Below are positions 51,011-61,560 of a DNA stretch of 64,000 nt, in pieces. The notes under the pieces were generated by a model. That model saw only the letters and a list, made by a program, of their open reading frames with translations, ran no database searches and was not told the origin of the DNA. The position numbers and the translations under genes were made by a program. Source of the DNA: Mobula hypostoma (Eukaryota); assembly GCF_963921235.1 (NCBI RefSeq), contig NC_086097.1:16244001-16308000 (forward strand), given 5' to 3'. Position 1 is the first letter of the stretch. Each line of letters begins with the position of its first letter.

Positions 51011-51836
51011 GCTGGAAATCCAGAGCAAACACACACACACCACCATTCGACTCAACTAGTCCATACGGACCAAGATGTCTGTCTGAGTGAGTGCCATTTG
51101 TCTATGTTTGGTCCATATCCTTCCTATCCATGTACCAATCTATTCAAATGTCTTGTTAAGTACTGTGATTTTGTGTCTCTACAATTTGGTCATATACCCA
51201 TCACCTTCCTTGAGCAGATGGCCCCTTTAAAATTTTCACCTCTCACCTTGGATCGACGGAAACCAATTTTAGATGTCTTTGGGCAAAAACAAATATGATG
51301 ATCCACCTTAGCTAAACCCCTCATGATTTTATTAATCTGTATAAGGTTTACCTCTTGGCCTCCTACTCATGAAAAAAAGTCCCAGCCTATCTGGCCTCGC
51401 CTTATAACTCAAGTTCTCCAGTCCCCGTTACACTCTTGCAAATCTTTTCTGCACCTTTTACAGTGTAATGGCAAGCTTCCTATAAACTATCAATACTCCC
51501 AAGTGTGACACACACAAAATGCTGGAAGACTCAGCAGGTTAGGCAGCTAAATTGATGTTCTGGGCCGAGACTTTTCATCAGGACTGGAAAGGAAATCCAG
51601 GTTCTTCTGCTCTTCCAGCATTTTGTGTGTGTTACTCCGGATCTCCAGCATCTGCAGAATCTCTTCCAAATGTGGTCTCACCGATGTCTTGTAGAGGGAT
51701 AGATAGATCCACACTTATCAAGTCTCTATTCTAATCCCATTTTACCAGTATTTGGTCTGAAGCCAAATTATATCCAATTGCAAACCAGTGAATACAATAA
51801 AGTTAAGGTTTGTTTAATGCACAAATATGGTGAATG

Positions 51837-51850
51837 GTTGCCTAGGTAAC
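51837..51850. promoter_or_regulatory. RFX X-box
   Basis: GTTGCCTAGGTAAC fits GTNRCC(N0-3)RGYAAC, within a 20-bp near-palindrome ATGGTTGCCTAGGTAACCAT. Confidence 0.5.
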
Positions 51851-52389
51851 CATTTAACAGCAGCCGGGGGGGGGGGGAGGGAGAAGAGTGGAGAAGAGAA
51901 GAGAATACCCTTCATCTCCTCATAGTTACACCGACTTAATAGTTTTTCAGTGATTCCGGAAAAGGTATAGCATTTACTGCTATAATGACAGAGACCTTAA
52001 GACTTCCTGCATCATTGATGTACAGAGCTTAAGAGCCCCATTACAACCTTTAAAGATGGATAGCATAGAGAGGAGCTGGACCGATCACTACTTTATTTCA
52101 GCCATTTTTGCTCCAACAAATCTGATAGTTATATTAATAAATCCTTTGAGAATCTCTTCACTCAGATTTCCAGACTGGCAATGTCCATTCTGCACACATC
52201 CTGAAGTCACTAAGTGTGATGTCAGTTGTATTTTGACCTTCCGTTGTAACTGAAGTCTGGGAAGTCATGTGAAACCAAGTGATCCAAATTGACTGAATCC
52301 GATTGCTCTTGCAAAAGGGGTACGTGATGTTCTGCCTCTTACAGACTGATCTAGTCTGAGAGGAAGAGGTGGTTGGCTCATAAACAGAG

Positions 52390-55300
52390 GAAGCTCGGAG
52401 ACAGTGCGAGAGGGAGGAGAGGCAGGTGATACAGAAGGGACGCGCTCAGACCGATGGTTTGAGATGTGTCTATTTTAATGCAAGGAGTATTGTGAACAAA
52501 GTGAATGAGCTTAGAGCGTGGATCAGTACTTTGAGCTATGATGTTGTGGCCATTACAGAGACTTGGATGGCTCAGGGGCAGGAATGATTACTTCAAGTGC
52601 CAGGCTTTAAATGTTTCAGAAAGGATGGGGGTGGGGGGGGGGAGGCAGACGAGGTGGGGCTGTGGCACTGTTGATTAGGGATAGTGTCACAGTTGCTGAA
52701 AAGGAGGAAGTCATGGAGGGATTGTCTACGGATTCTCTGTGGGTGGAAGTTAGGAACAGGAAGGGGTCAATAACTCTACTAGGTGTTTTTTAGACCACCC
52801 AATAGTAACAGGGACATCGAGGAGCAGAAAGGGAGACAGATTCTGGAAAGGTGTAATAATAACAAGGTTGTTGTGGTGGGAGATTTTAATTTCCCAAATA
52901 TGGATTGACATCTCCCTAGAGCAAGGGGTTTAGATGGGGTGGAGTTTGTTAGGTGTGTTCAGGAAGGTTTCTTGACACAATATGTACAAACCCCATTTCC
53001 AGAAAAGTTGGGATATTTTCCAAAATGCAATAAAAACAAAAATCTGTGATATGTTAATTCACGTGAACCTTTATTTAACTGACAAAAGTACAAAGAAAAG
53101 ATTTTCAATAGTTTTACTGACCAACTTAATTGTATTTTGTAAACATACACAAATTTAGAATTTGATGGCTGCAACACACTCAACAAAAGTTGGGACAGAG
53201 GCATGTTTACCACTGTGTTACATCACCTTTCCTTTTAATAACACTTTTTAATCATTTTGGAACTGAGGATACTAATTGTAGTAGATTTGCAATTGAAAAT
53301 TTTGTCCATTCTTGCTTGATAATAAGACTTCAGCTGCTCAACAGTCCGTGGTCTCAGTTGTCTGATTCTCCTCTTCATGATGCGCCATACATTTTCAATA
53401 GGAGATAGATCTGGACTGGCAGCAGGCCAGTCAAGCACACACACTCTGTGTCTACAAAGCCACGCTGTTGTAGCCCGTGCAGAATGTGGTCTGGCATTGT
53501 CCTGCTGAAATAAGCATGGACGTCCCGGGAAGAGATGTCGCCTTGATGGCAACAGATTATCTCTCTAAAATCCTAATATACACCTCAGAGTCAATGGTAC
53601 CTTCACATACATGCAACTCACCCATGCCGTGGGCACTGATGCACCCCCATACCATCACAGATGCTGGCTTTTGCACCTTTCGCTGATAACAATCTGGATG
53701 GTCGTTTTCATCTTTGGCACGGAGAACTCGACGCCTGTTTTTTCCCAAAACTAGCTGAAATGTGGACTCATCTGACCACAGCACACGGTTCCACAGTCTT
53801 TCGGTCCACCTGAGATGAGTTCGCCGGCATTTCTGCATAGAGTTGATGTATGGCTTCCTCCTTGTGTAATACAGTTTCAAGTTGCATTTCTAGATGCAGT
53901 GACGGACTGTGTTGAGCAACAATGGTTTTCCGAAATACTCCCAAGCCCAGGTGGCTATAATTGTCACAGTAGCATGACGGTTTCTTAGGCAGTGCCGCCT
54001 GAGGGCTCGAAGATCACGCGATTCAACAGTGGTTTCCGACCTTGCCCTTTACGCACTGAGATGTCTCTGAATTCTCTGAATCTTTTCACAATATTATGTA
54101 CTGTAGATGTCGAAAGACCTAAATTCTCTGCAATCTTGCGTTGAGAAATGTTCCTTTTGAACTAACAATTCTGTCACAAATTTTGGCACAAAGGGGTGAG
54201 CCATGACCCATCCTTGCTTGCAAAGACTGAGCCTTTGATGGACGCTACTTTTATACCCAGTCATGATACCTCACCTGCTACCAATTAGCCTGCTTAATGT
54301 GGAGTCTTCCAAACTGGTGTTACTTGAATATTCTGTGCACTTTTCAATCTTATTTTAACTCTGTCCCAACTTTTGTTGAGTGTGTTGCAGCCATCAAATT
54401 CTAAATTTGTGTACATTTACAAAATACAATTAAGTTGGTCAGTAAAACTATTGAAAATCTTTTCTTTGTACTTTAGTCAGTTAAATAAAGGTTCACGTAA
54501 ATTAACATCTCACAGATTTTTGTTTTTCTTGCATTTTGGAAAATATCCCAACTTTTCTGGAAATGGGGTTTGTAGATAAGCCTACAAGAGGCTGTACTTG
54601 CTCTGGTATTGGGAAATTAACCTGGTCAGGTGTCAGGTCAGTGGAAGAACATTTTGGAGACGGGATCACAATTCGATCTCCTTTACCATAGCATAGGGAT
54701 GGGAACAGACAAGTCAGGGAAGTATTTAATTGGAGTAAGGGGAAACATGAGGCTATCAGGCCTGAACTTGGAAGCATAAATTGTGAACAGATGTTCTCAC
54801 GGAAATGTACAGAAGAAATGTGGCGAATGTTCAGGGGATATTTGCGTGGAGTTCTGCATAGGTACATTCCAATGAGACAGGGAAAGGATGGTAGGGTACA
54901 GGAACAGTGGTGTACGAAGGCTGTTGTAAATCTAGTCAAGAAGAAAAGCTTACGAAAGGTTCAAAAACTACGTAATAATAGAGATGAGGAAGTGGAGGGA
55001 TGTGTTAGTAAATTTGCTGATGACGCAAAGGTTGGGGGCGTTGTGGATAGTGTGGAGAGCTGTCAGAGGTTACAGCGGGACATTGATAGGATGCAAAACT
55101 GGGCTGAGAAGTGGCAGATGGAGTTCAACCCAGATAAGTGTGAAGTGGTTCATTTTGGTAAGTCAAATATGATGGCAGAATATAGTATTATTGATAAGAC
55201 TCTTGGCAGTGTGGAGGATCAGAGGGATCTTGGGCTCCAAGTCCATAGGACACTCAAAGCTGCTGCGCAGGTTGACACTGTGGTTGAGAAGGCATACGGT

Positions 55301-55995
55301 GCATTGGTCTTCATCAATCGTGGGATTGAGTTTAGGAGCCGAGAGGTAATGTTGCAGCTCTATAGGACCCTGGTCAGACCCCACTTGGAGTACTGTGCTC
55401 ACTTCTGGTCACCTCACTACAGGAAGGATGTGGAAATCATAGAAAGGGTGCAGAGAAGATTTTCTGGATTGGGGAGCATGCCTTATGAGAATAGGTTGAG
55501 TGAACTCTGCATAGGTACGTTCCAATGAGACAGGGAAAGGATGGTAGGGTACAGGAACAGTGGTGTACAAAGGCTGTTGTAAATCTAGTCAAGAAGAAAA
55601 GCTTACGAAAGGTTCAAAAAACTGTTCTCCTTGGAGCAACAGAGGATGAGAGGTGATCTGATAGAGGTGTATAAGGTAGTGACTCCCCAGAGCTGAAATG
55701 GCAAACGTGAGAGGACACAGTTTTAAGGTGCTTGGAAGCAGGTACAGAAGAGATGCCAGGGGTAAGTTTGTTTGTTTTTTTAAACACAGAGAGTGGTGAG
55801 TGCATGGAATGGGCTGCCAGCGACAGTGGTGGAGGCGGATACAATAGGGTCTTTTAAGAGACTTCTGGATAGGTACATGGAGCTTAGAAAAATAGAGGGC
55901 TATGGGTAACCCTAGGTAATTTCTTAGGTAAGGACATGTTCGGCACAGCTTTATGGATGAAGGGCCAGTATTGTCCTGTAGGTTTTCTATGTTTC
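52390..55995 (+). mobile_element. CR1 LINE (APE to 3' UTR) with internal deletion, internal duplication and a Tc1 insertion
   Basis: CVYFNARS, GGAVALLIRDS, VSKFADD, LVRPHLEYC; tail ttttctatgtttct. Confidence 0.85.
52987..54572 (-). mobile_element. Tc1-family DNA transposon, IR/DR type, full length (1586 bp); transposase pseudogene 54211-53207 (DD34E)
   Basis: TA TSD (52985-52986, 54573-54574); 214-bp TIRs with inner direct repeat AAAAGTTGGGA; WSDES, QQDNARPH, SPDLSPIE with 34 residues between D and E; frameshifts. Confidence 0.95.
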
Positions 55996-56227
55996 TAGTA
56001 ATCTCTCAACTTATGGCAATCACAAGTACTCACTATCCCAAAACCTTAATCCATGAGTAGAAGACCAATGCATGTAAAAAAATATACAACTTTAAATCAT
56101 GCATGATTCTCACAAAATGAAAGGAAGGTTATAAAATAAAAAGGGCAAATGAATTTCACCCATCTTCTGTTCAGAATGGCCTACACTCTCAGATGTTAGA
56201 CCAGCCAAGAGGATTTGAATAGTCACA

Positions 56228-56233
56228 TTTATT
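56228..56233 (-). terminator. Candidate poly(A) signal of DLST (3' UTR ~2.4 kb)
   Basis: TTTATT on + (AATAAA on -) at the end of a largely unique AT-rich stretch running from the DLST stop, just before the repeat zone begins at ~55995. Confidence 0.45.
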
Positions 56234-57709
56234 AATTTCAAATACCATTACATCACCAATTTTCCCTTTCAACATTTCAACTTACTGCCTTGTTTTTGGT
56301 TAAATGCTTCAAACTTTTTGTAATTTAAATAACTGCCCTGCAAAGTAAATATAAACATCCTGTATACCAATGAATGTCATGCCTGGGAAAGCATCTACTG
56401 GCAGAGATGTAAGCTGCTCAACAATAAACCATCGCGTAACTGCATCCAGTTGGACTACAGTGCTTAAGACCGCTTGGTAGCATACCCAGAATAAGGCTAC
56501 TGAAGATTTCTCCCCTCTAACTTGTGGGTAACTGATGTATTTCTCTCGAGCACAGATTAGTTTCCCTCTTGCGAATGACTGCACTGCTGTGCAGTTAACT
56601 TCTAAAAAAAACAATGTACCTATATCCAACTATGCCCTGTGCTGATGGAAACAGGTGAGCTAGTGTCACATAAGAAATCACAGTGCACACCATGTATTGA
56701 ACGTTTAAAAGTTGTACAGGTTGAGGAAAGGAATATTGTCACTGTTAGGAAGATACAGGAAAATGTATGTGAATCTGTAGGAGCAGCAACTCTGATTTTG
56801 TACTAGTGTATATCTCTATCTCAAAACACAAGATAAGGACAGGGCTCCTTTTTCCACTTAACACACAGGGTAGTACGATCATGTGAATCTCACTACCTAA
56901 TATTAAAAATAAACCCAATTGAAAAATTGCACCATTACCTTCAAAGTGCAAATCTCCTCCCCACCACACCCAGCTTGTTTCTCAATACTAAATGCACACA
57001 TTTCTGTGACTGTTCTGTAAAAACATTGTTGACTTTACTCTCATTTGGAACCATCTTCCCACTATTCTATTAGATTGTATTACTGTAATTCATTTCTACA
57101 GGAAGGACATTTCATGTCAGGAAGCAGCTGTCAATAAAAATCCTTCTCTCTACAGAAGGATCCACATTTATCCAAATAATACTCGACCTGATGATTAAGT
57201 TTACTGACCCTAATATTGTGCTAACTGTAATACCACCTGCTCACCACAACACAGTACGAGATTAAAATAAAAGTTGTGCGTATGTTTTAAATTTCAAATG
57301 GCTGCTTAATTCTCAGAGGATAAGGAAATTCAGTGCTCAGGAAACAGGATTTGATTTGAACAGAATATGCTGTTAGCAAAGTGGATTTGTATTAAGCTGG
57401 TCCCATAATGAAACATTTGGAAATATAGACTAACATCAGACTGAACAAACTTGGTAAGATAGTGGCATGCATGTAACTTGACATCAGCTAGACAATTTGG
57501 GCTGTGGAGGTGACGAGAGAGGGAACAAGAAATGAGCCCAGTAGAAAGACGTGTCAATGAAGAACAAACTAAAACCTGTAAACACATTTCCACATTGTAA
57601 ATTCATACCCATCTAAAATTAATAGTAATCACCTTGCACTGTTAGTTGTACTCCTTCTGCATTTGTTGTCTATTTTAGGACGCCAAATTGGATTGTTTAG
57701 GCAAGAGTG

Positions 57710-57925
57710 GTTTTATTGAGATACAGCAGAGAAAAGGCCCTACCTGTCCTGAGTTGCACCACCAAGCAATCCTAGCCCAATCACGGGACAATTTACAATG
57801 ACCAACTAACCTACCAACTCGCAAGTCTTTGGACTGTGGCAGGAAACCAGAACACCCGGAGGAAAGCCACATGGTAACGGGAAGAGTGTACGAACTCCTT
57901 ACAGACAGTGGCAAGGATTGATTCT
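57710..57925 (-). mobile_element. V-SINE within the DLST 3' UTR
   Basis: gggacaatttacaatgaccaact..ttggactgtggcaggaaaccagaacacccggagg..gaactccttacagacag. Confidence 0.75.
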
Positions 57926-58630
57926 TTTCATCATCTGTCTTCAACAGCCAAGATTGGAAGCAGATACTTGAAGCCTGGTGTTATAGCCAATTTAAAAACA
58001 AATGGCTGCATGCCCCCTGTTCTCCAAGTGATAAATGTGAAACTTTTGCAATTCAAAGTTCTCAAAACAACTTTATAACAACAAATTTGCTGCTACCTAG
58101 CTGGATAGGAAATAACATTGCAACAGTACTCTTTCAGTCAGTGTGTTTTATATCAAGATAAAGATATTAATGCTGGAGGATGAAATACGTTCACAGATGT
58201 GAAACATTCCGGAATCAAATATACCATTTGTTAGATATCTGCCTTGGCAACATGTCTCACTATGAGTATCAGATCAGGTATTCGGTATTTCCAGCTCCCA
58301 CACTAGTCAATTCTCATTTCTTTCGCTGTAATTGCCGGTTTCATAATACTAAATTGTGAATGACACTACTTAAAGCTGCTCCCTCAATGTAACATATCAG
58401 TAATGACTTGCAAAGTTAGTTTGCTCACAATATAAATTAGTTATAAAGTCTCTGACATGCTACACCCTTCCATTATAAACAATTCCTACAGAATTGCATA
58501 ATCGCTTTGTCCATAAAACATTCATTTATATTTCTTTTAAAACATCAAAAAGGTAGAACAATTATTTAATATGAAAATGCATATGACATTTTGTGTATGT
58601 GTGTTTCTCTTTAGATAATTGTAATGGGGC

Positions 58631-58765
58631 TTAAATGTCAAGCAGCAGCACGCGAGGGTCTTCAACTGCAGATTTAATTTTTCGGAGGAAAAATACTGCT
58701 TCTCTTCCATCAATCAAGCGGTGGTCATAGGTTAGGGCCACATACATCATGGGGCGGATCACCAC
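58631..58765 (-). CDS. DLST: DLST terminal coding exon: [44 protein letters not shown]
   Basis: Acceptor ttattacag|GTG; catalytic DHRLIDG motif; TAA at 58633-58631. Confidence 0.97.
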   Translation of the reverse strand: MVIRPMMYVALTYDHRLIDGREAVFFLRKIKSAVEDPRVLLLDI

Positions 58766-58986
58766 CTGTAATAAGAGGAAAACAAGCATGAGAAGTTGTA
58801 TCTAAATCAATTAACAGCGTACTTAGCCAACACTCAATCTCCAGTGCAGGCCAGTTCTCCTACACATTTAGAACCAATGTAGAATCACACCACTTTCCAC
58901 AAGAGTGTACCAGGACAAGGCATTTAGTTAAAAACCCACTGAAGCCTCTCAAGTCTAAAAGGAAATGAGATCAAAATAAAAGCAGG

Positions 58987-59310
58987 AGGGCACAGTAGCG
59001 CATCACTTTACAGTATCAGCAATCGCTGATCAGGGTTCAATTCCTGCCACTGTAAGGAGTTTGTATGTTCTCTTTGTGACTGTGTGGGTTTCCTCTGGGT
59101 GTTATGGTTTCGTCCCACATTACAATGATGTGCAGTTAATGTTAGGGTTAGTGACTTTGTGGGCATGCCGTGTTGCCACTGAAAGTGTGTTGACACTTCG
59201 AACTACTCCCAGCACAAGCTTTGGACTGTGTTGAAAACAATGCGAAAAACGATGCATTCCTCTATATGTTTCAATGTATGTGTGCCAAATGAAGCTAATC
59301 TTTATCTTTC
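58987..59310 (+). mobile_element. V-SINE with an alternative 3' tail, in the last DLST intron
   Basis: B box gggttcaattcc, V domain, tail gatgcattcctctatatgtttcaatgtatgtgtgccaaatgaagctaatct, which differs from the 31722 copy. Confidence 0.75.
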
Positions 59311-59440
59311 TTACAAATATCCTAAAAAATACATTATACCTGTAATATCAAGTTGCAATTCATTTTGTAACACGAGCAGCAATACTTGAAATCCATCCAA
59401 AACCATTCGACTGATAAACTTTAATGATGTTATTACTTAC

Positions 59441-59608
59441 CTGACCCTTGATTGCAACTGGCCTCTCAAAGATTCCATGCATACCCAGGATGGCAGACTG
59501 GGGTGGGTTGATAATTGGTGTGCCAAACATCGAGCCGAACACTCCACCATTACTGATTGTGAAAGTACCTCCATCCATGTCTTCTATAGCCAACTCATTC
59601 TTACGTGC
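59441..59608 (-). CDS. DLST: DLST exon: [56 protein letters not shown]
   Basis: Acceptor ctag|GCA, donor CAG|gtaagt; 168 nt; highly conserved [29 protein letters not shown]. Confidence 0.97.
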
Positions 59609-60774
59609 CTAGACCAGTGCAAAATGTGCCTGTTAGGTTGTTCAATTGCGCCAAATTCTTTTCTCGTCTTATCTAATCTCACTTTGAATCACTCAAGGTT
59701 CTAACAGTGTAATAGAATTCATCCATGATTTTCTCCCCCTCCATACAAAAACTTAGTTCAACCATGAACTGTTTCAGCTGCTTCCATCTGGCAAACGGTA
59801 CCACAGCATTAAAGCTAGGACCAACAGGCTACAGGACAGCTTCTTTCTACAAGCCATCAGATTTATAAATTCACATGTCTGTACATTGCGATGAATCATA
59901 GCGAAAGGATTTTTACTCCCTCACGTTGTGGGATGAATGCAAAATTTAAGGAAATTCAAATTCCTATCTGATGTTTTAAAACTTATTTCAATTCTGTAAA
60001 AAGTACGTTACTCCTTAGTAAGGATCTCGTTAGAAGATGATTACTTCTAGCTGAAACATTTCATTGTCCTTCCAAAAGGGCTTTGATTTGTTATTTCCAA
60101 TTCCCACTTATTCAAAAGACCAAAGTATCATGGCTTACACTGAAGCAATTCAGACACAAAAATCAAACTTTTAAAGCATCTAATATTTTCTGGAAACTTA
60201 GTCAGGGAACAAGAGTTAATTTTCACACCTGGGAAGCAGAAGTTAAATAACAAAATCAAAATATTATGAATTTTACATTTCTCAGATATAAAAGAAAAAA
60301 GCAAAATGAAGAGTTGATTGGAAATATAGATGGGAATTTGGGGAGAGTAGGCTTCAGGGAAATTAGTGGGGGGAAAGGGGCTTTTTCTGTGTGTCAGAAT
60401 AGACTCAGTTGGTTAAATGGCCTACTGTGTTGTAAGGAAATATGCAATTCGGAAGTATGTTCTCTGGTTCCTGATACTTCCAGTGAGAACAAATGTTTAC
60501 ACCCCTTTGTCAGGACAGCTCTGAATCCTCTCCAGACAAAGAACAACCACCTTAGCGTCTTCAGTCTTATGCAAGTTCCTTATTCGCTACTTCTTGCCTG
60601 CACCCTTGTCAAGATTTTGATGTGTATGCATGGTTCCCAGAAATGAGCTCAGTGGTTGAATTTGTGTTTCATGAAGGTGTCGTATGATGATTTGGAGATG
60701 GTGTAAATGGGATAAATGGGGTCAGTGCCTGATAGTACTTCAACACAAACAAGCAATAATGTTTTGACAATCAC

Positions 60775-60858
60775 CTTGTCTCCTAGCTCATTGATTGCTT
60801 TCTCAATATCAGCATAGTTCATTGTTTCAACATTTCGGATTACAGGAACCACCAGACC
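60775..60858 (-). CDS. DLST: DLST (dihydrolipoamide succinyltransferase, E2 of OGDH complex) exon: [28 protein letters not shown]
   Basis: Minus-strand acceptor ccatag|GGT, donor AAG|gtgatt; 84 nt; GLVVPVIRN motif of the 2-oxoacid dehydrogenase acyltransferase domain. Confidence 0.95.
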
Positions 60859-61155
60859 CTATGGAATGGAAGAAAAAATAAGATTACACACTGTTCTTAC
60901 ATAATGCCTATAATTTAAGTAAATTTCTCAAGCCCTTTCTTTACAGGAAATATAAGAAAATGAACCGATCACATTTATCAGGGAAAATGTATTTTGGCCT
61001 GAGCAAACCAAAAGCCCATTTCTATAAATATAGTAATGATTAAATTGAAACTCAAATCTACAAATAGATTTAAGATATTTTAATAAAAGCAGGGCTAGGT
61101 TTATCAGATTTCAAGAGGAACATAGGGACACTGAAATCAGAAACAGTAGAAGCAG

Positions 61156-61560
61156 TAACACAAAATGCTGGAGGAACTCAGGTCAGGCAGCATCCATGGA
61201 AATGAATAAACAGTCAATGTTTCGGGCTAAGACCCTTCATCAGGATAAACAGGTAGAATCAGTAAGATCAGGACTGATCTGAATTTGCTTCAACTCCATT
61301 GTACTGCCTTGCAAAAGAGGGGAAGACGCACAAAACGCCGGAGGAACTCAGCAGGTCGGGCAGCATCCGTGGAAATGAACAGTCAACGTTTCGGGCTGAG
61401 ACCCTTGGTCAGGACTGTAGAGGGAGGGGGCAGGGACCCTATAAAGAAGGTGGGAGGAGGGTGGGAAGGAGAAGGCAGGTAGGTGCCAGGTGAAAAACCA
61501 GTAAGGGGCAAGATGAAGGGGTGGGGGAGGGGAAGCAGGGAGGGGATAGGCAAGAGGGGA
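61156..61560 (-). mobile_element. Two Penelope pLTR fragments with degenerate hammerheads in a DLST intron
   Basis: cacaaaatgctggaggaactcag.. heads; reverse complements CTGATGA..GAAACATTGAC (61212-61245) and CTGACCA..GAAACGTTGAC (61381-61416). Confidence 0.75.

Noticed and set aside
61212..61416. Active hammerheads in sense within the DLST intron
   Set aside because: One has a truncated stem I and non-palindromic stem III; the other has CTGACCA instead of CTGANGA.
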